Source: Pelagibacteraceae bacterium AG-325-E08
GTDB lineage: Bacteria; Pseudomonadota; Alphaproteobacteria; Pelagibacterales; Pelagibacteraceae
DNA length: 64,000 bases
NCBI GenBank assembly: GCA_003282985.1
Contig: QBYE01000003.1
Location: forward strand, 1,236-65,235
Reading direction: 5' to 3'
Each line of letters opens with the position of its first letter. Positions within the stretch are counted from its first letter, which is position 1. Below are positions 42,298 through 52,082 of the stretch, one piece after another. A program made the translations under genes and the position numbers. A model generated the notes under the pieces. That model searched no databases. It had not been told where the DNA came from and saw nothing but the letters and a program-made list of their open reading frames with translations.

Positions 42298-43086
42298 ATG
42301 TCAGCTGAAAAAAAACATGATTATCACTTAGTAGACCCAAGTCCTTGGCCTATTTATGTTTCATTTTCATGCTTAGTATTGGCATTAGGATCTGTTTATT
42401 ATCTTCATACAGATGTTTCGTGGGGAATGTATCTTGGTTTTGCACTTTTAATTTATGGAGCCTACATGTGGTTTAGAGATGTTGTTATTGAAGCTGAACA
42501 CCAAGGTCATCACACACCTGTAGTTCAAATTCACCACAGATATGGAATGACATTGTTTATCGCATCTGAAGTAATGTTCTTTGTTGCATGGTTTTGGGCA
42601 TATTTTGATGTAAGTTTATTTCCAAATGAATTTGTTGGAAATGTTTGGCCACCAAAGGATATTGAAACTTTTGATCCTTGGGATATTCCATTGATCAATA
42701 CATTAATTTTATTATTATCAGGCACGACAGTTACATGGTCTCACCATGCCCTTTTAGAAGATGATAGAAAAAGTTTTATTCAAGGTTTGTGGTTAACTGT
42801 TATTTTAGGGTTTTGTTTTACTCTTTTACAAATATATGAGTATCAGCATGCATCATTTTCTTTTTCAGATCATATTTACGGATCAGTATTTTACATGGCA
42901 ACAGGATTTCATGGTTTCCATGTGCTTGTTGGAACTATATTTTTAGCCGTATGCTTGTTTAGAGGTAAGAGAGGTCATTTTAATAAAGATCACCATTTTG
43001 GATTTGAAGCTGCAGCTTGGTATTGGCATTTTGTTGACGTAGTGTGGTTATTTTTGTTCGCTGCAATCTATATTTGGGGAAGTTAA
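42298..43086 (+). CDS. ctaE: Cytochrome c oxidase subunit III
   Basis: YHLVDPSPWP, FIASEVMFF, TGFHG.HV, WYWHFVDVVW. Confidence 0.97.
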   Translation: MSAEKKHDYHLVDPSPWPIYVSFSCLVLALGSVYYLHTDVSWGMYLGFALLIYGAYMWFRDVVIEAEHQGHHTPVVQIHHRYGMTLFIASEVMFFVAWFWAYFDVSLFPNEFVGNVWPPKDIETFDPWDIPLINTLILLLSGTTVTWSHHALLEDDRKSFIQGLWLTVILGFCFTLLQIYEYQHASFSFSDHIYGSVFYMATGFHGFHVLVGTIFLAVCLFRGKRGHFNKDHHFGFEAAAWYWHFVDVVWLFLFAAIYIWGS

Positions 43087-43096
43087 TTTATATTCT

Positions 43097-43750
43097 TTGA
43101 AACATAAGTTTTTATTTTCAGTATTTACAATTTTTTTTGTTTTAGTTTTTGTTGCCTTAGGCTCATGGCAAATCATTCGTTTAAATTGGAAGAATAATTT
43201 AATATTAGAAATTGAAAATTCCTTAAAAAATCCACCTGTTGAATTAACAAACTCTAACTTAGAAAATTACCTTAAAATAAAAACATCAGGGTCAATAGAT
43301 TTAGAGAAACAAATTTATTTATATAATCTAAATGATGCTGGAAAACCAGGCTTTGAAGTTATAAATCCAATTTTAATTAATGATATTAATTATTTGATTA
43401 ATAGAGGTTGGATACCTTTTGAAAAAAAAAACTCTCAAGAGATTAATGTATTTGATGAAAATGATATAATTGGAACTTTAAAATTACAAGGAAGAAAGAA
43501 TATTTTTAAACCAGATAATGATTTAGAGGAAAATTATTGGTTTAGTTTAAATAGAGAGGACATATTAAAATTTACAGGAAAAGAATTCTCCAAATATATA
43601 ATTTATTTAAATGGAAATTATCAAGTTCCTAAACCAAAAAAAATTACTGCTAATATTTCTAATAATCATCAAAAATATGCTCTTACTTGGTTTTCATTAG
43701 CGATTTCAATTCTTTTGTTATATTTATATTTTAGAAAAAAGAATTATTAA
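43097..43750 (+). CDS. SURF1-family protein
   Basis: LG.WQ..RL.WK, INRGWIP, NNH..YALTWF. Confidence 0.92.
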   Translation: MKHKFLFSVFTIFFVLVFVALGSWQIIRLNWKNNLILEIENSLKNPPVELTNSNLENYLKIKTSGSIDLEKQIYLYNLNDAGKPGFEVINPILINDINYLINRGWIPFEKKNSQEINVFDENDIIGTLKLQGRKNIFKPDNDLEENYWFSLNREDILKFTGKEFSKYIIYLNGNYQVPKPKKITANISNNHQKYALTWFSLAISILLLYLYFRKKNY

Positions 43751-45124
43751 ATGAATTATATTAGTACAAGAAATAATCAGAAAAATTTTACTTTTAAAGA
43801 TGTTTTCCTTAAAGGTTTGGCAGATGATGGAGGTCTTTTTGTTCCAAAATTAATTAAACAATTTAAAAAAGATGAATTAAATAATCTAAAAAACCTCAGT
43901 TACAATGATTTAGCTGCTGAAATAATTTATCCGTTTATAGGAGATTTTATGTCTAAAGATGACCTAATCTCGATAATTTCAAAATCGTACTCAAATTTTA
44001 GATCTAATGATGTTGTAAAAATCTCTGACCTAGGAGATCTAAAAGTTTTAGAACTATTTCATGGCCCAACACTTGCTTTTAAAGATATTGCTATGCAACT
44101 AATAGGTAATTTTTATCAATATCATTTAGGACGTGATAAAAAAAAAATTAATATAATAGTAGCAACTTCAGGTGACACTGGAGCAGCTGCGATAGATGCT
44201 TTAAAAGGAAAAAGCAATTTAAATGTTTTTGTATTGCACCCAAATAATAAAATTTCACCAGTACAAAGAAGACTAATGACAATACATGAAGAGAGTAACG
44301 TATTTAATATTGCAGTTGAAGGTAATTTTGATGATTGTCAAAATTTAGTAAAAGCAATGTTCAACGACGAAAAATTTTCTAAAGCAATTAATATGTCAGG
44401 TGTAAATTCAATTAATTGGGCAAGAATTATTGCTCAATCGGTGTATTATTTTTACGCTTATTTCAAAATTGAAAATGGTCAACCTTTATCTTTTTCTGTT
44501 CCAACAGGTAACTTTGGTGACATTTATGCTGGTTACTTAGCAAAAAAACTAGGTCTTCCAATTGATAAACTAATTGTGGCTACAAATAAAAATGACATAC
44601 TTCACAGAGCAATATTGGGTGGCGACTATACTCAAAAAAAAGTGGAGGAAACAAATACTCCAAGCATGGATATACAAATAGCCAGTAATTTCGAAAGACT
44701 TCTATATGACATAAAAGATAGTAATTCGGAAGTTACAAAAGATGTAATGGCTGAAATAAGAAATAATACTTATAAAATTGATAAAAGTGATTTAGATAAA
44801 ATTAAAAAGAATTTTTTATCTGAGATGCTTGATGAAAACGAGACTGTAGAAATGATAAAGACAATTAATGATGAGTATCAGATGGTAGTTGATCCACATA
44901 CTGCTGTGGGCATTGGTGCTGTGAGAAAATTAGGATTGGAAAAAAATTGTATTGTATTATCAACTGCGCACCCCTGCAAATTTCCAAAAGCAATAGAAGA
45001 TGCAATCTCAAAAACTGAAAATTTACCAGATAGTCTTAAATATGTTTATGACAGAAAAGAAAAATTTGAACTTCTTTCAAATGATATTGAAAAAGTTAAA
45101 AAATATGTAATGAATTCAATATGA
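43751..45124 (+). CDS. thrC: Threonine synthase
   Basis: YISTR, GLA.DGGL, ELFHGPTLAFKD, ATSGDTG, NSINWAR, PTGNFG. Confidence 0.96.
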   Translation: MNYISTRNNQKNFTFKDVFLKGLADDGGLFVPKLIKQFKKDELNNLKNLSYNDLAAEIIYPFIGDFMSKDDLISIISKSYSNFRSNDVVKISDLGDLKVLELFHGPTLAFKDIAMQLIGNFYQYHLGRDKKKINIIVATSGDTGAAAIDALKGKSNLNVFVLHPNNKISPVQRRLMTIHEESNVFNIAVEGNFDDCQNLVKAMFNDEKFSKAINMSGVNSINWARIIAQSVYYFYAYFKIENGQPLSFSVPTGNFGDIYAGYLAKKLGLPIDKLIVATNKNDILHRAILGGDYTQKKVEETNTPSMDIQIASNFERLLYDIKDSNSEVTKDVMAEIRNNTYKIDKSDLDKIKKNFLSEMLDENETVEMIKTINDEYQMVVDPHTAVGIGAVRKLGLEKNCIVLSTAHPCKFPKAIEDAISKTENLPDSLKYVYDRKEKFELLSNDIEKVKKYVMNSI

Positions 45125-45609
45125 AGCTTAAAATAAAAGATCAAATACCAGATACAGAGATTTTTCACCTTGTTGATGGAGAACCACAAAAAAGCAAATT
45201 AAGAGAAATAATAGGTGATGGAAAAAATGTTTTGTTTGGTTTGCCAGGAGCATTTACATCAACTTGTTCAAAACTTCACTTACCAGGTTTTGTTGCAAAC
45301 GCAGATAAAATCAAAGCTAAAGGAATAGAAAACATATTTTGTTTATCAGTAAATGATCCTTATGTAATGAATGGTTGGGGAGAGATTAATAATACAGAAA
45401 ATAAAATAAAAATGTTATCCGATCCGTATTTGTTGTTCACAAAAGCAATTGGTGCAGAAGTTGATCGGAATGCAAAAGGAATGGGAATTAGATCAAATCG
45501 TTATTTAATGGTTATTGAAAACTTCACAATTATTAATATTCACGTTGAAAAAGAAACTAAGGAATGTGGCTTAACTTCAGCAGAGAATTTATTAACTAAT
45601 TTAATATAG
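45121..45609 (+). CDS. Peroxiredoxin, Prx5-like (redoxin)
   Basis: GLPGAFTSTCS..HLPGF, SVND..VM..W, RS.RY. Confidence 0.92.
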   Translation: MKLKIKDQIPDTEIFHLVDGEPQKSKLREIIGDGKNVLFGLPGAFTSTCSKLHLPGFVANADKIKAKGIENIFCLSVNDPYVMNGWGEINNTENKIKMLSDPYLLFTKAIGAEVDRNAKGMGIRSNRYLMVIENFTIINIHVEKETKECGLTSAENLLTNLI

Positions 45610-45742
45610 GTAGGGCAGTTCTGATGTCCGTCCCAATTAAATTTACAATAGAACAAAACACTTTTTGAATGTGTGCATATAAGTGTGTAGTCTTTCGGCC
45701 ATTTCTTTGTATTCACTTTTAAATTTTGAGTAGATTTATTCC

Positions 45743-46759
45743 TTACTGTGATACCATGTAAATGAATTTTTTATTATACTTTTCAATTAAAAAATTCTTC
45801 CAAGACACATTTAGTTTATTATCAAAAAAAGCATTTAATTCTTCAGGATCAAATGTTGTTTCAATATCAAAATTTCCATAAGAAATTAAAGATATCTCCT
45901 TAGTGTCAAATTTTCTAATATATTTTAAATAATTTTTTATCACATGCTTAGGCATTTCAACAAAACTTGCAGCATTATGGAAATGATCTATTTCAACCTC
46001 AACTTTCTCTATAAGCCAAGGGGGAATACATAAAATTTCTAAATCATCATTTTTGGTAAAGCAAATTTTATCCAATTTCTTTAATTCAATATAATCTTTA
46101 ACTTTTTCTTTATAAATATTTCTTAAATATTCCGTTCCAATATATATATTTGGGACAGTGTCAAGGTAGAGAATTTTTTTGATATTAGGAAAATTTGTAA
46201 TTAAAAAATGTATATTAGCACCAAATCCACCACCGATTTCAAAAAAACTTTTTATATTTTTAAAATCAAAAGAATTTGAAAGCTTATCAATTCTATCTGC
46301 CATTTTTAAGTAATGACATGAGTAATTTTTATCTAGATAATCAAATTTTTGAATACATCCAAAATTTGTTGTATTTTCAAATTTGTATTTACTTAATAAG
46401 TTCAAAACATTTTTACTTGTTTCATAAGTAAGCGATTGATATTTTAAAAAAGAATGAATGTAATCTTTTGTTATTTTAAGCTGTCCTTCAAAAATTCTTC
46501 TTACTAAAGGTAAAGAAAAAAATTTACCAATAATTCTCCCTTTAATATTAAATTCATTTCTTATATCTAAAACAAGATTATCAGCAAATGAAGTTCCGAT
46601 TCCAGCAGTCAAACCTCTAAAATCATTTAAACCTTTTTTTTTAATTTCTAAAATTGCTCTAGTGTTTTTATAATTCCAATAAGGCCCAGCAGAATAAAGA
46701 TTTTTATTAATCTTACTTTCATCCTTAATAAGTGCATTCAGTAGCATAATTTTATTCAT
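45743..46759 (-). CDS. Putative sugar O-methyltransferase (SAM-dependent)
   Basis: FFEIGGGFG SAM-binding motif, YLD..P, HNAASFVEM (N..SF.EM) motif. Confidence 0.7.
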   Translation of the reverse strand: MNKIMLLNALIKDESKINKNLYSAGPYWNYKNTRAILEIKKKGLNDFRGLTAGIGTSFADNLVLDIRNEFNIKGRIIGKFFSLPLVRRIFEGQLKITKDYIHSFLKYQSLTYETSKNVLNLLSKYKFENTTNFGCIQKFDYLDKNYSCHYLKMADRIDKLSNSFDFKNIKSFFEIGGGFGANIHFLITNFPNIKKILYLDTVPNIYIGTEYLRNIYKEKVKDYIELKKLDKICFTKNDDLEILCIPPWLIEKVEVEIDHFHNAASFVEMPKHVIKNYLKYIRKFDTKEISLISYGNFDIETTFDPEELNAFFDNKLNVSWKNFLIEKYNKKFIYMVSQ

Positions 46760-46905
46760 AATTTTTTGTCCCTTAATTAATAATATACAGAATATTACAC
46801 TTTTTCAAAAACTTCGTATAAAACTTCGCGCTGTTCCCCATTAGATATCTGAATTGAATTTACGGTTCCCGTCAGTTAAAGGGCGTTCTATTGTTAGGTG
46901 CCCAA

Positions 46906-47328
46906 CTAAAAGTTGGCAGCATTTCTAGCAAGTAAATCTACTTCATTATTTAACTCATCAGTTGAATGTGCTTTTACCCAATTCCAACTTACTTCAAATT
47001 CATTATTTAGTAGATCTAATTCTGTCCAAAGTTCTTTATTGCTTACCTCTTTTTTGTTTGCAGTTTTCCATCCATTTTTTTTCCAGTTATGTATCCATTC
47101 TGTTATTCCAGACTTTACATATTTAGAGTCTGTAAAAATTTCAACTTTGTTGCCTTTTGGAATTTTTTTAAGAGCTTGTATAGGTGCTAATAACTCCATT
47201 TGATTATTTGTGGTATTTTTTTCACTTCCTTTTATTTCAGTTTTTTTTCCATCACTTAATATAATTGCCGCCCAACCACCTTTACCAGGATTTCCAATAC
47301 ATGAACCGTCAGTGTATATCTTAATCAT
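46906..47328 (-). CDS. rnhA: Ribonuclease HI
   Basis: YTDGSC.GNPG.GGW, TTNNQMEL, TDS.YV..GIT.W, WVKAH, NE.D. Confidence 0.96.
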   Translation of the reverse strand: MIKIYTDGSCIGNPGKGGWAAIILSDGKKTEIKGSEKNTTNNQMELLAPIQALKKIPKGNKVEIFTDSKYVKSGITEWIHNWKKNGWKTANKKEVSNKELWTELDLLNNEFEVSWNWVKAHSTDELNNEVDLLARNAANF

Positions 47329-48293
47329 TATCTTAAATAATCTTTATAAGTTTTTAAATTATTGTGTATTAAGAGTTTTTGATAATACTCTCTTGGATCC
47401 TTTATTTTAATGAGCGCTGATTTAGGTGTATTTGAATAGTCAAAAAGTCTAGTTAGAAAATATCTCATTGCTGCACCACGACATAAAATATTTAATGATT
47501 TTTTTTCTGCAGTTGAAACTTTTTTTACACTTTCATATCCTTTAATTAAATTTCTTACCTTTTTTTTATTTAAGAAAAATTTAGAGGCTCTTTTGTCAAA
47601 ACATAGTGCATTAACACAAATAGCAATTTCATACATAAAATAGTCGTTTGCAGCAAAGTAAAAATCAATTACTCCTGATAATTTACCTTTTTTAAAAAAA
47701 ATATTATCTATAAATAAATCTCCATGAATTATCCCACTAGGCAATTTTTTCGGCCACTTCATTTTTATATCTTTAAAATTTATCTTTAGAAATTTTTCTA
47801 TATTAGTAAATTTTTTTGATTTAAATTTAATACTGTTAAGTAACGGATTTAGATATTTAATACCCATAGAGTTTTTCCTAGAAAGATTTATTTTTTTTGT
47901 GGATAAATGCATTCCAGCAATCATTTTACCTATTTCGTGACAATTTTTTAAATTAAGTAATTTTTTATCTTTTCCCTCTAAAAAGGAAACAACACAAGCT
48001 GACTTTTTTCTTATTTTGACCAGGTAGTTTCCATTTTTATTTTTTTGAGGTTTTGGGCAATTTATTTTTGAATTATTTAATTGATCCATTAACTTCATAA
48101 AAAAAGGTATTTCATTTTGAGAGACTCTTTTTTCGAAGATTGTAAGTATAAATTTTTTATTTTTTGATTTTAATAAATAGTTAGTATTTTCAATTCCTTG
48201 TTTGATACCTTTAAAGCTTATAATTTTTTCTATCTCAAATTTTTTATTGATATAAGAAATGTCTTTTTTATTTATTTTTGTATAAACAGCCAT
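47328..48293 (-). CDS. thrB: Homoserine kinase (type II, APH-like)
   Basis: MAVYT, GI..GIENTNY, LTIFE, IHGDLF.DN, IDFYFA, RYFLTRL. Confidence 0.93.
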   Translation of the reverse strand: MAVYTKINKKDISYINKKFEIEKIISFKGIKQGIENTNYLLKSKNKKFILTIFEKRVSQNEIPFFMKLMDQLNNSKINCPKPQKNKNGNYLVKIRKKSACVVSFLEGKDKKLLNLKNCHEIGKMIAGMHLSTKKINLSRKNSMGIKYLNPLLNSIKFKSKKFTNIEKFLKINFKDIKMKWPKKLPSGIIHGDLFIDNIFFKKGKLSGVIDFYFAANDYFMYEIAICVNALCFDKRASKFFLNKKKVRNLIKGYESVKKVSTAEKKSLNILCRGAAMRYFLTRLFDYSNTPKSALIKIKDPREYYQKLLIHNNLKTYKDYLR

Positions 48294-48294
48294 T

Positions 48295-49239
48295 TTAATT
48301 TAATTTTTTTGGAGCTTTGAAAACAACGTTTTCTTTAATGATTTCCACTTCATCTATACTGACTATAAATCTATTTTTTAACTCATTGATAAAATTATCG
48401 ACTAGAATTTCAGGAGCAGAAGCGCCAGAAGAAACACCAATTGTATTTGCGTTTTTGATTAAATCAAATGGGATTTCACTTTGTGAATGAATTAATATCG
48501 AATTAGAGCAACCAGATTTTTTAGCAACTTCTACTAATCTTACTGAATTAGATGAATTTCTACTACCTATCACAAAAAATAGATCACATTTTTTGGCAAT
48601 ATTTTTAACCGCCATTTGCCTGTTTGTAGTAGCATAACAAATATCCTCCTTCAAAGGTTCCTTTATATCTGGAAATCTATTTTTCAATATCTGGATTATA
48701 TCTTTTGTATCATCAACTGATAATGTTGTTTGAGTAACATAAGAAATTTTTTTGTTATTTTGAATTTTATATTTTTTAGCTTCTTCTTCGTTTTGAATAA
48801 GATCAATTGATCCTATAGGTAATTGTCCCATAGTACCAATTACTTCAGGGTGATTTTGATGTCCTATTAAAATTAAATGATATCCAGCTTTATTTAGATT
48901 TTCAGCTTCTCTATGTACTTTTGATACCAATGGGCATGTAGCATCAACATAAGTCATATTGTAGTTTTTAGCATCCTCCGGAATTTTTTTTGGAACACCA
49001 TGTGCTGAAAAAATAACTGGTCTAGTTTTATCTTCTATCTCCTCTAGTTCTTCAATAAAGATAGCTCCTTTATTTTTTAAATCATCTACGACATATTTAT
49101 TGTGGACTATTTCATGACGAACATATACTGGAGCACCATATTTCTTAATTGATTTTTCAACAATCTCTATAGCTCTTTCTACACCAGCACAAAAGCCTCT
49201 AGGAGCAGACAATAATATTTTCAATTCTTTATTTTTCAT
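48295..49239 (-). CDS. ispH: 4-hydroxy-3-methylbut-2-enyl diphosphate reductase
   Basis: PRGFCAGV.RA, SAHGV, DATCPLV, HPEV, QTTLS, ICYAT, SSNS, GASAP. Confidence 0.97.
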   Translation of the reverse strand: MKNKELKILLSAPRGFCAGVERAIEIVEKSIKKYGAPVYVRHEIVHNKYVVDDLKNKGAIFIEELEEIEDKTRPVIFSAHGVPKKIPEDAKNYNMTYVDATCPLVSKVHREAENLNKAGYHLILIGHQNHPEVIGTMGQLPIGSIDLIQNEEEAKKYKIQNNKKISYVTQTTLSVDDTKDIIQILKNRFPDIKEPLKEDICYATTNRQMAVKNIAKKCDLFFVIGSRNSSNSVRLVEVAKKSGCSNSILIHSQSEIPFDLIKNANTIGVSSGASAPEILVDNFINELKNRFIVSIDEVEIIKENVVFKAPKKLN

Positions 49240-50164
49240 TTTTTTCTATTAAATACTCAAGCAATATATGTGGAAAGGTTAAAGACGCCAAACCTATAAA
49301 TATAACTTTTAGAATTGAACTATCGAAATTGTATGAATTATTTAATAAATAAAGCCCAAGTAAACAAAAGGTAGCAGTAAGAATGGTTAAGGGCAGAGCT
49401 TTTTTTATGAAAATTTTTAGCCCATTCTTTAAATCATTCTCATCTAATTCATGCATCAAAGTAATACCGTGTCTAGTAGAATGTAAAAAACAAAAATAAA
49501 TTGTAAATGCAATCAGAGGTGACAAATAATAATTTATAATTAAAATTGAAAAATAATCTAAAAAAATAGTAAACTTTTTTAATTCAAATTCTTTGGTAAA
49601 TAATAAAATACTGGATAATGTACTTAAAAAAATACCAAAAAGTATAAGGTTATTCATTTCAATAAAATCTAAAATTCTATAAAAAGACTCGTTATCAATA
49701 AGTAATAATTTGAATATAGATATTGTTTCTTCAAAATGAAAAAACATAGGTGCTAAAATTATGAGCAAACCTTTCAAGAAAAATAATAATTGGTTATAAT
49801 ATGAATTTTCAGCTATTAAAAACTGTGTATCTTCTTTGCCAAAGTGAAATGAAGCAACTATTAGAAAAATTATTAATGAAACTGATGGTATGATTGTCCA
49901 TGAGACTATTACAGTTGAAGCAATAAAAATATATATCAAATAAAAAATATACATATTTTTTATTTCAAAAATTTTCAAAAGTTTCCCCCCTTTTATATGA
50001 TCAAGTGAACCATGAGAGACCCCAATACTTAAAATTAAAAGCAAACAGAATAATGGTGAAAATACTAAATTCTCAAATTTTAAAATTATTAAAGAAAAAA
50101 TATTACAAAATAAAAAAAAAATGAAAGAATGATTAAAATTTATTTTTTTTAATTGATTTTTCAT
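49229..50164 (-). CDS. blh: Beta-carotene 15,15'-dioxygenase, Brp/Blh family
   Basis: GVSHGSLD, FHFG.ED, YFCFLHS, LTFPH His ligands; follows crtY. Confidence 0.93.
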   Translation of the reverse strand: MKNQLKKINFNHSFIFFLFCNIFSLIILKFENLVFSPLFCLLLILSIGVSHGSLDHIKGGKLLKIFEIKNMYIFYLIYIFIASTVIVSWTIIPSVSLIIFLIVASFHFGKEDTQFLIAENSYYNQLLFFLKGLLIILAPMFFHFEETISIFKLLLIDNESFYRILDFIEMNNLILFGIFLSTLSSILLFTKEFELKKFTIFLDYFSILIINYYLSPLIAFTIYFCFLHSTRHGITLMHELDENDLKNGLKIFIKKALPLTILTATFCLLGLYLLNNSYNFDSSILKVIFIGLASLTFPHILLEYLIEKNEK

Positions 50165-50176
50165 TTTTAAACTAAA

Positions 50177-51244
50177 TTAATAAAATAAAGCCTTAATAAA
50201 AGTCAACTTTGGCATTCTAAAAATAATTGATAAATCTTCAAAAAAATTACTTTTATTAGACAAAAATTTTATAACAGTCTTTGGAGAAGCCTTAAACATT
50301 TTAAAAAATATTTCAGGCATTTTTTCTGGGTGTTTTTCAAGAACTCTTAGAAATATCTCATCTAAAAATTGATACTTATTACTGATTTTATATTTTTTAG
50401 CATGAGCAATATTCTCGATATTCTCTCTTATATATCTACTGTGTTCTTGAATATTTAGAAAAGTGTAACCCGTACTTAATCTCGTCATACCTCCTGCAGT
50501 TCCAATATTTATTTTGTTTCTAACTTTTTCATTTGTTGGGTAGAATAGAGGTATTGCACCTTCTTCTTTATAAATTATTTTGTAATCTTTTAAATTTAGG
50601 TGATTTTCAACATAATCTTTAATTTGTGTGTCATAATCTTTTTGAGATTCATCATTCATTTTTGATAACCATGTAGTTTCAATTAAAGCTGTAGTCTTTG
50701 AATAGGGTAGAGTATAAAAAAAATGCACACTCTCTCTTTGATCACAATCAAAATCCATAAGATTAAAAATTTCATCGTCAAAGAAATCATTTTTAGTTTC
50801 AACTTCTACACCACAAAAATGTTGCCAAAGGTTACGATGATCCTTTTTAATTGATGGAACACTATTAAAAACAAAAGAATTTTTTGAACTAATTTCGCTT
50901 ATATCTTTAAAGAAAGAAATATTATTATTTTCTTTTAATTTACTGTTAACTTTTTTATAGAACAGCCCACTATCAATACTTTGGTATGGATAAATGTTAC
51001 ATTCTAAATGATTAGTTTTTTTTGGTATATTAATAGAAAAATTTTTCCAATTTTTTTTAACACAATCATCAAAATTATGCGCTGCTACTTTCCAAAAAGA
51101 CCAGGTTTTGTCTTTTTTATATTCTGCTCTTGGCTCAATAATAGCTAAAGTTTTATTTTTTAATTTTTCATTGATCTCAAGTTCATACGCAAGTGATAAT
51201 CCTGCACAACCACCACCAACAATTATATAATCAAATTCTTTCAT
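50177..51244 (-). CDS. crtY: Lycopene beta-cyclase
   Basis: GGGCAGLSL, DKTWSFW, LMDF, FFY.LP, E.GAIP, GTAGG...STGY. Confidence 0.9.
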   Translation of the reverse strand: MKEFDYIIVGGGCAGLSLAYELEINEKLKNKTLAIIEPRAEYKKDKTWSFWKVAAHNFDDCVKKNWKNFSINIPKKTNHLECNIYPYQSIDSGLFYKKVNSKLKENNNISFFKDISEISSKNSFVFNSVPSIKKDHRNLWQHFCGVEVETKNDFFDDEIFNLMDFDCDQRESVHFFYTLPYSKTTALIETTWLSKMNDESQKDYDTQIKDYVENHLNLKDYKIIYKEEGAIPLFYPTNEKVRNKINIGTAGGMTRLSTGYTFLNIQEHSRYIRENIENIAHAKKYKISNKYQFLDEIFLRVLEKHPEKMPEIFFKMFKASPKTVIKFLSNKSNFFEDLSIIFRMPKLTFIKALFY

Positions 51245-52082
51245 TTAAATTTATTTCCTGATTTATCAAATTATGATCATGTTGTATTTGATCATCTAAT
51301 TTATGACTGAACGATAGTCTAATTAAGTCAAAAATTGATAAAAAAGTCTCAAAGACTTTTTCAACATTCGAAACATATATCTTTCCTGAATTTAGATAAT
51401 TTTCTAAAGTTTTTTTATTTTTTATTTTATATCCTATTTTTCTATAAACTCTTCTAGCTACCAGAATAGAAAAACGGAAACTAATAGGTATATCCTTAAT
51501 TGAATAAAATGAATTTTCATAAAAAGTATCAGCAAGATTAATAGTTGACAAAATTTCTTCAAAGTTTTCATTTATATAAAAACGATTATTTTCAGAATCT
51601 TCAATTACATCTCTCGATATATTAGTAAGTTGCATCGCAATTCCTAGATCGATTGCTGACTTGAGTGAACTTTTTTTATTAACTTTTAAAATTTTTGCCA
51701 TCATCAATCCAACAGTTCCAGCTACTCTGTACGAGTAAACCAACAGATCTTTCTTTGTATCTAATTTAACTTTATCTTTAATGTCTGATTTTATTCCCAT
51801 CAGTAAATCTTGAACAATTTTCAAGGATATATTGAATTCTTCAATGAGATCCCACATATTTTTGATAATAGGATCATTAAAGTTTTTTTGATTAAAATTA
51901 TTTTCAAAATGATTAAATTTTTTTTCTTTATTTTCTATATTTTCATTATCATCTGCAATGTTGTCTGCGACTCTACAAAAATCATACAAAGCAGAACATT
52001 TTTCTAACGTTTTTTTGGGTAAAAAAAAACCAGCCCAACTGAACGATTTGGCATAAACAGATAAGTAACTTTTATAAGACAT
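51231..52082 (-). CDS. crtB: Phytoene synthase
   Basis: KSF.WA, LY.FCR.AD..AD, Y.YRVAGTVG, LG.AMQLTNI.RDV.ED. Confidence 0.93.
   Translation of the reverse strand: MSYKSYLSVYAKSFSWAGFFLPKKTLEKCSALYDFCRVADNIADDNENIENKEKKFNHFENNFNQKNFNDPIIKNMWDLIEEFNISLKIVQDLLMGIKSDIKDKVKLDTKKDLLVYSYRVAGTVGLMMAKILKVNKKSSLKSAIDLGIAMQLTNISRDVIEDSENNRFYINENFEEILSTINLADTFYENSFYSIKDIPISFRFSILVARRVYRKIGYKIKNKKTLENYLNSGKIYVSNVEKVFETFLSIFDLIRLSFSHKLDDQIQHDHNLINQEINLNERI

Noticed and set aside
46810-46821. AACTTCGTATAA resembling a loxP arm or XerC arm of a dif site
   Set aside because: No matching second arm (no TTATGTTAAAT or inverted lox arm) at the right spacing.
46893-46906. GTTAGGT/GCCCAAC resembling integron attC core sites (GTTRRRY/RYYYAAC)
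   Set aside because: The two motifs abut with no attC stem between them, there is no integrase in the window, and part of it belongs to a small hairpin over the rnhA stop.
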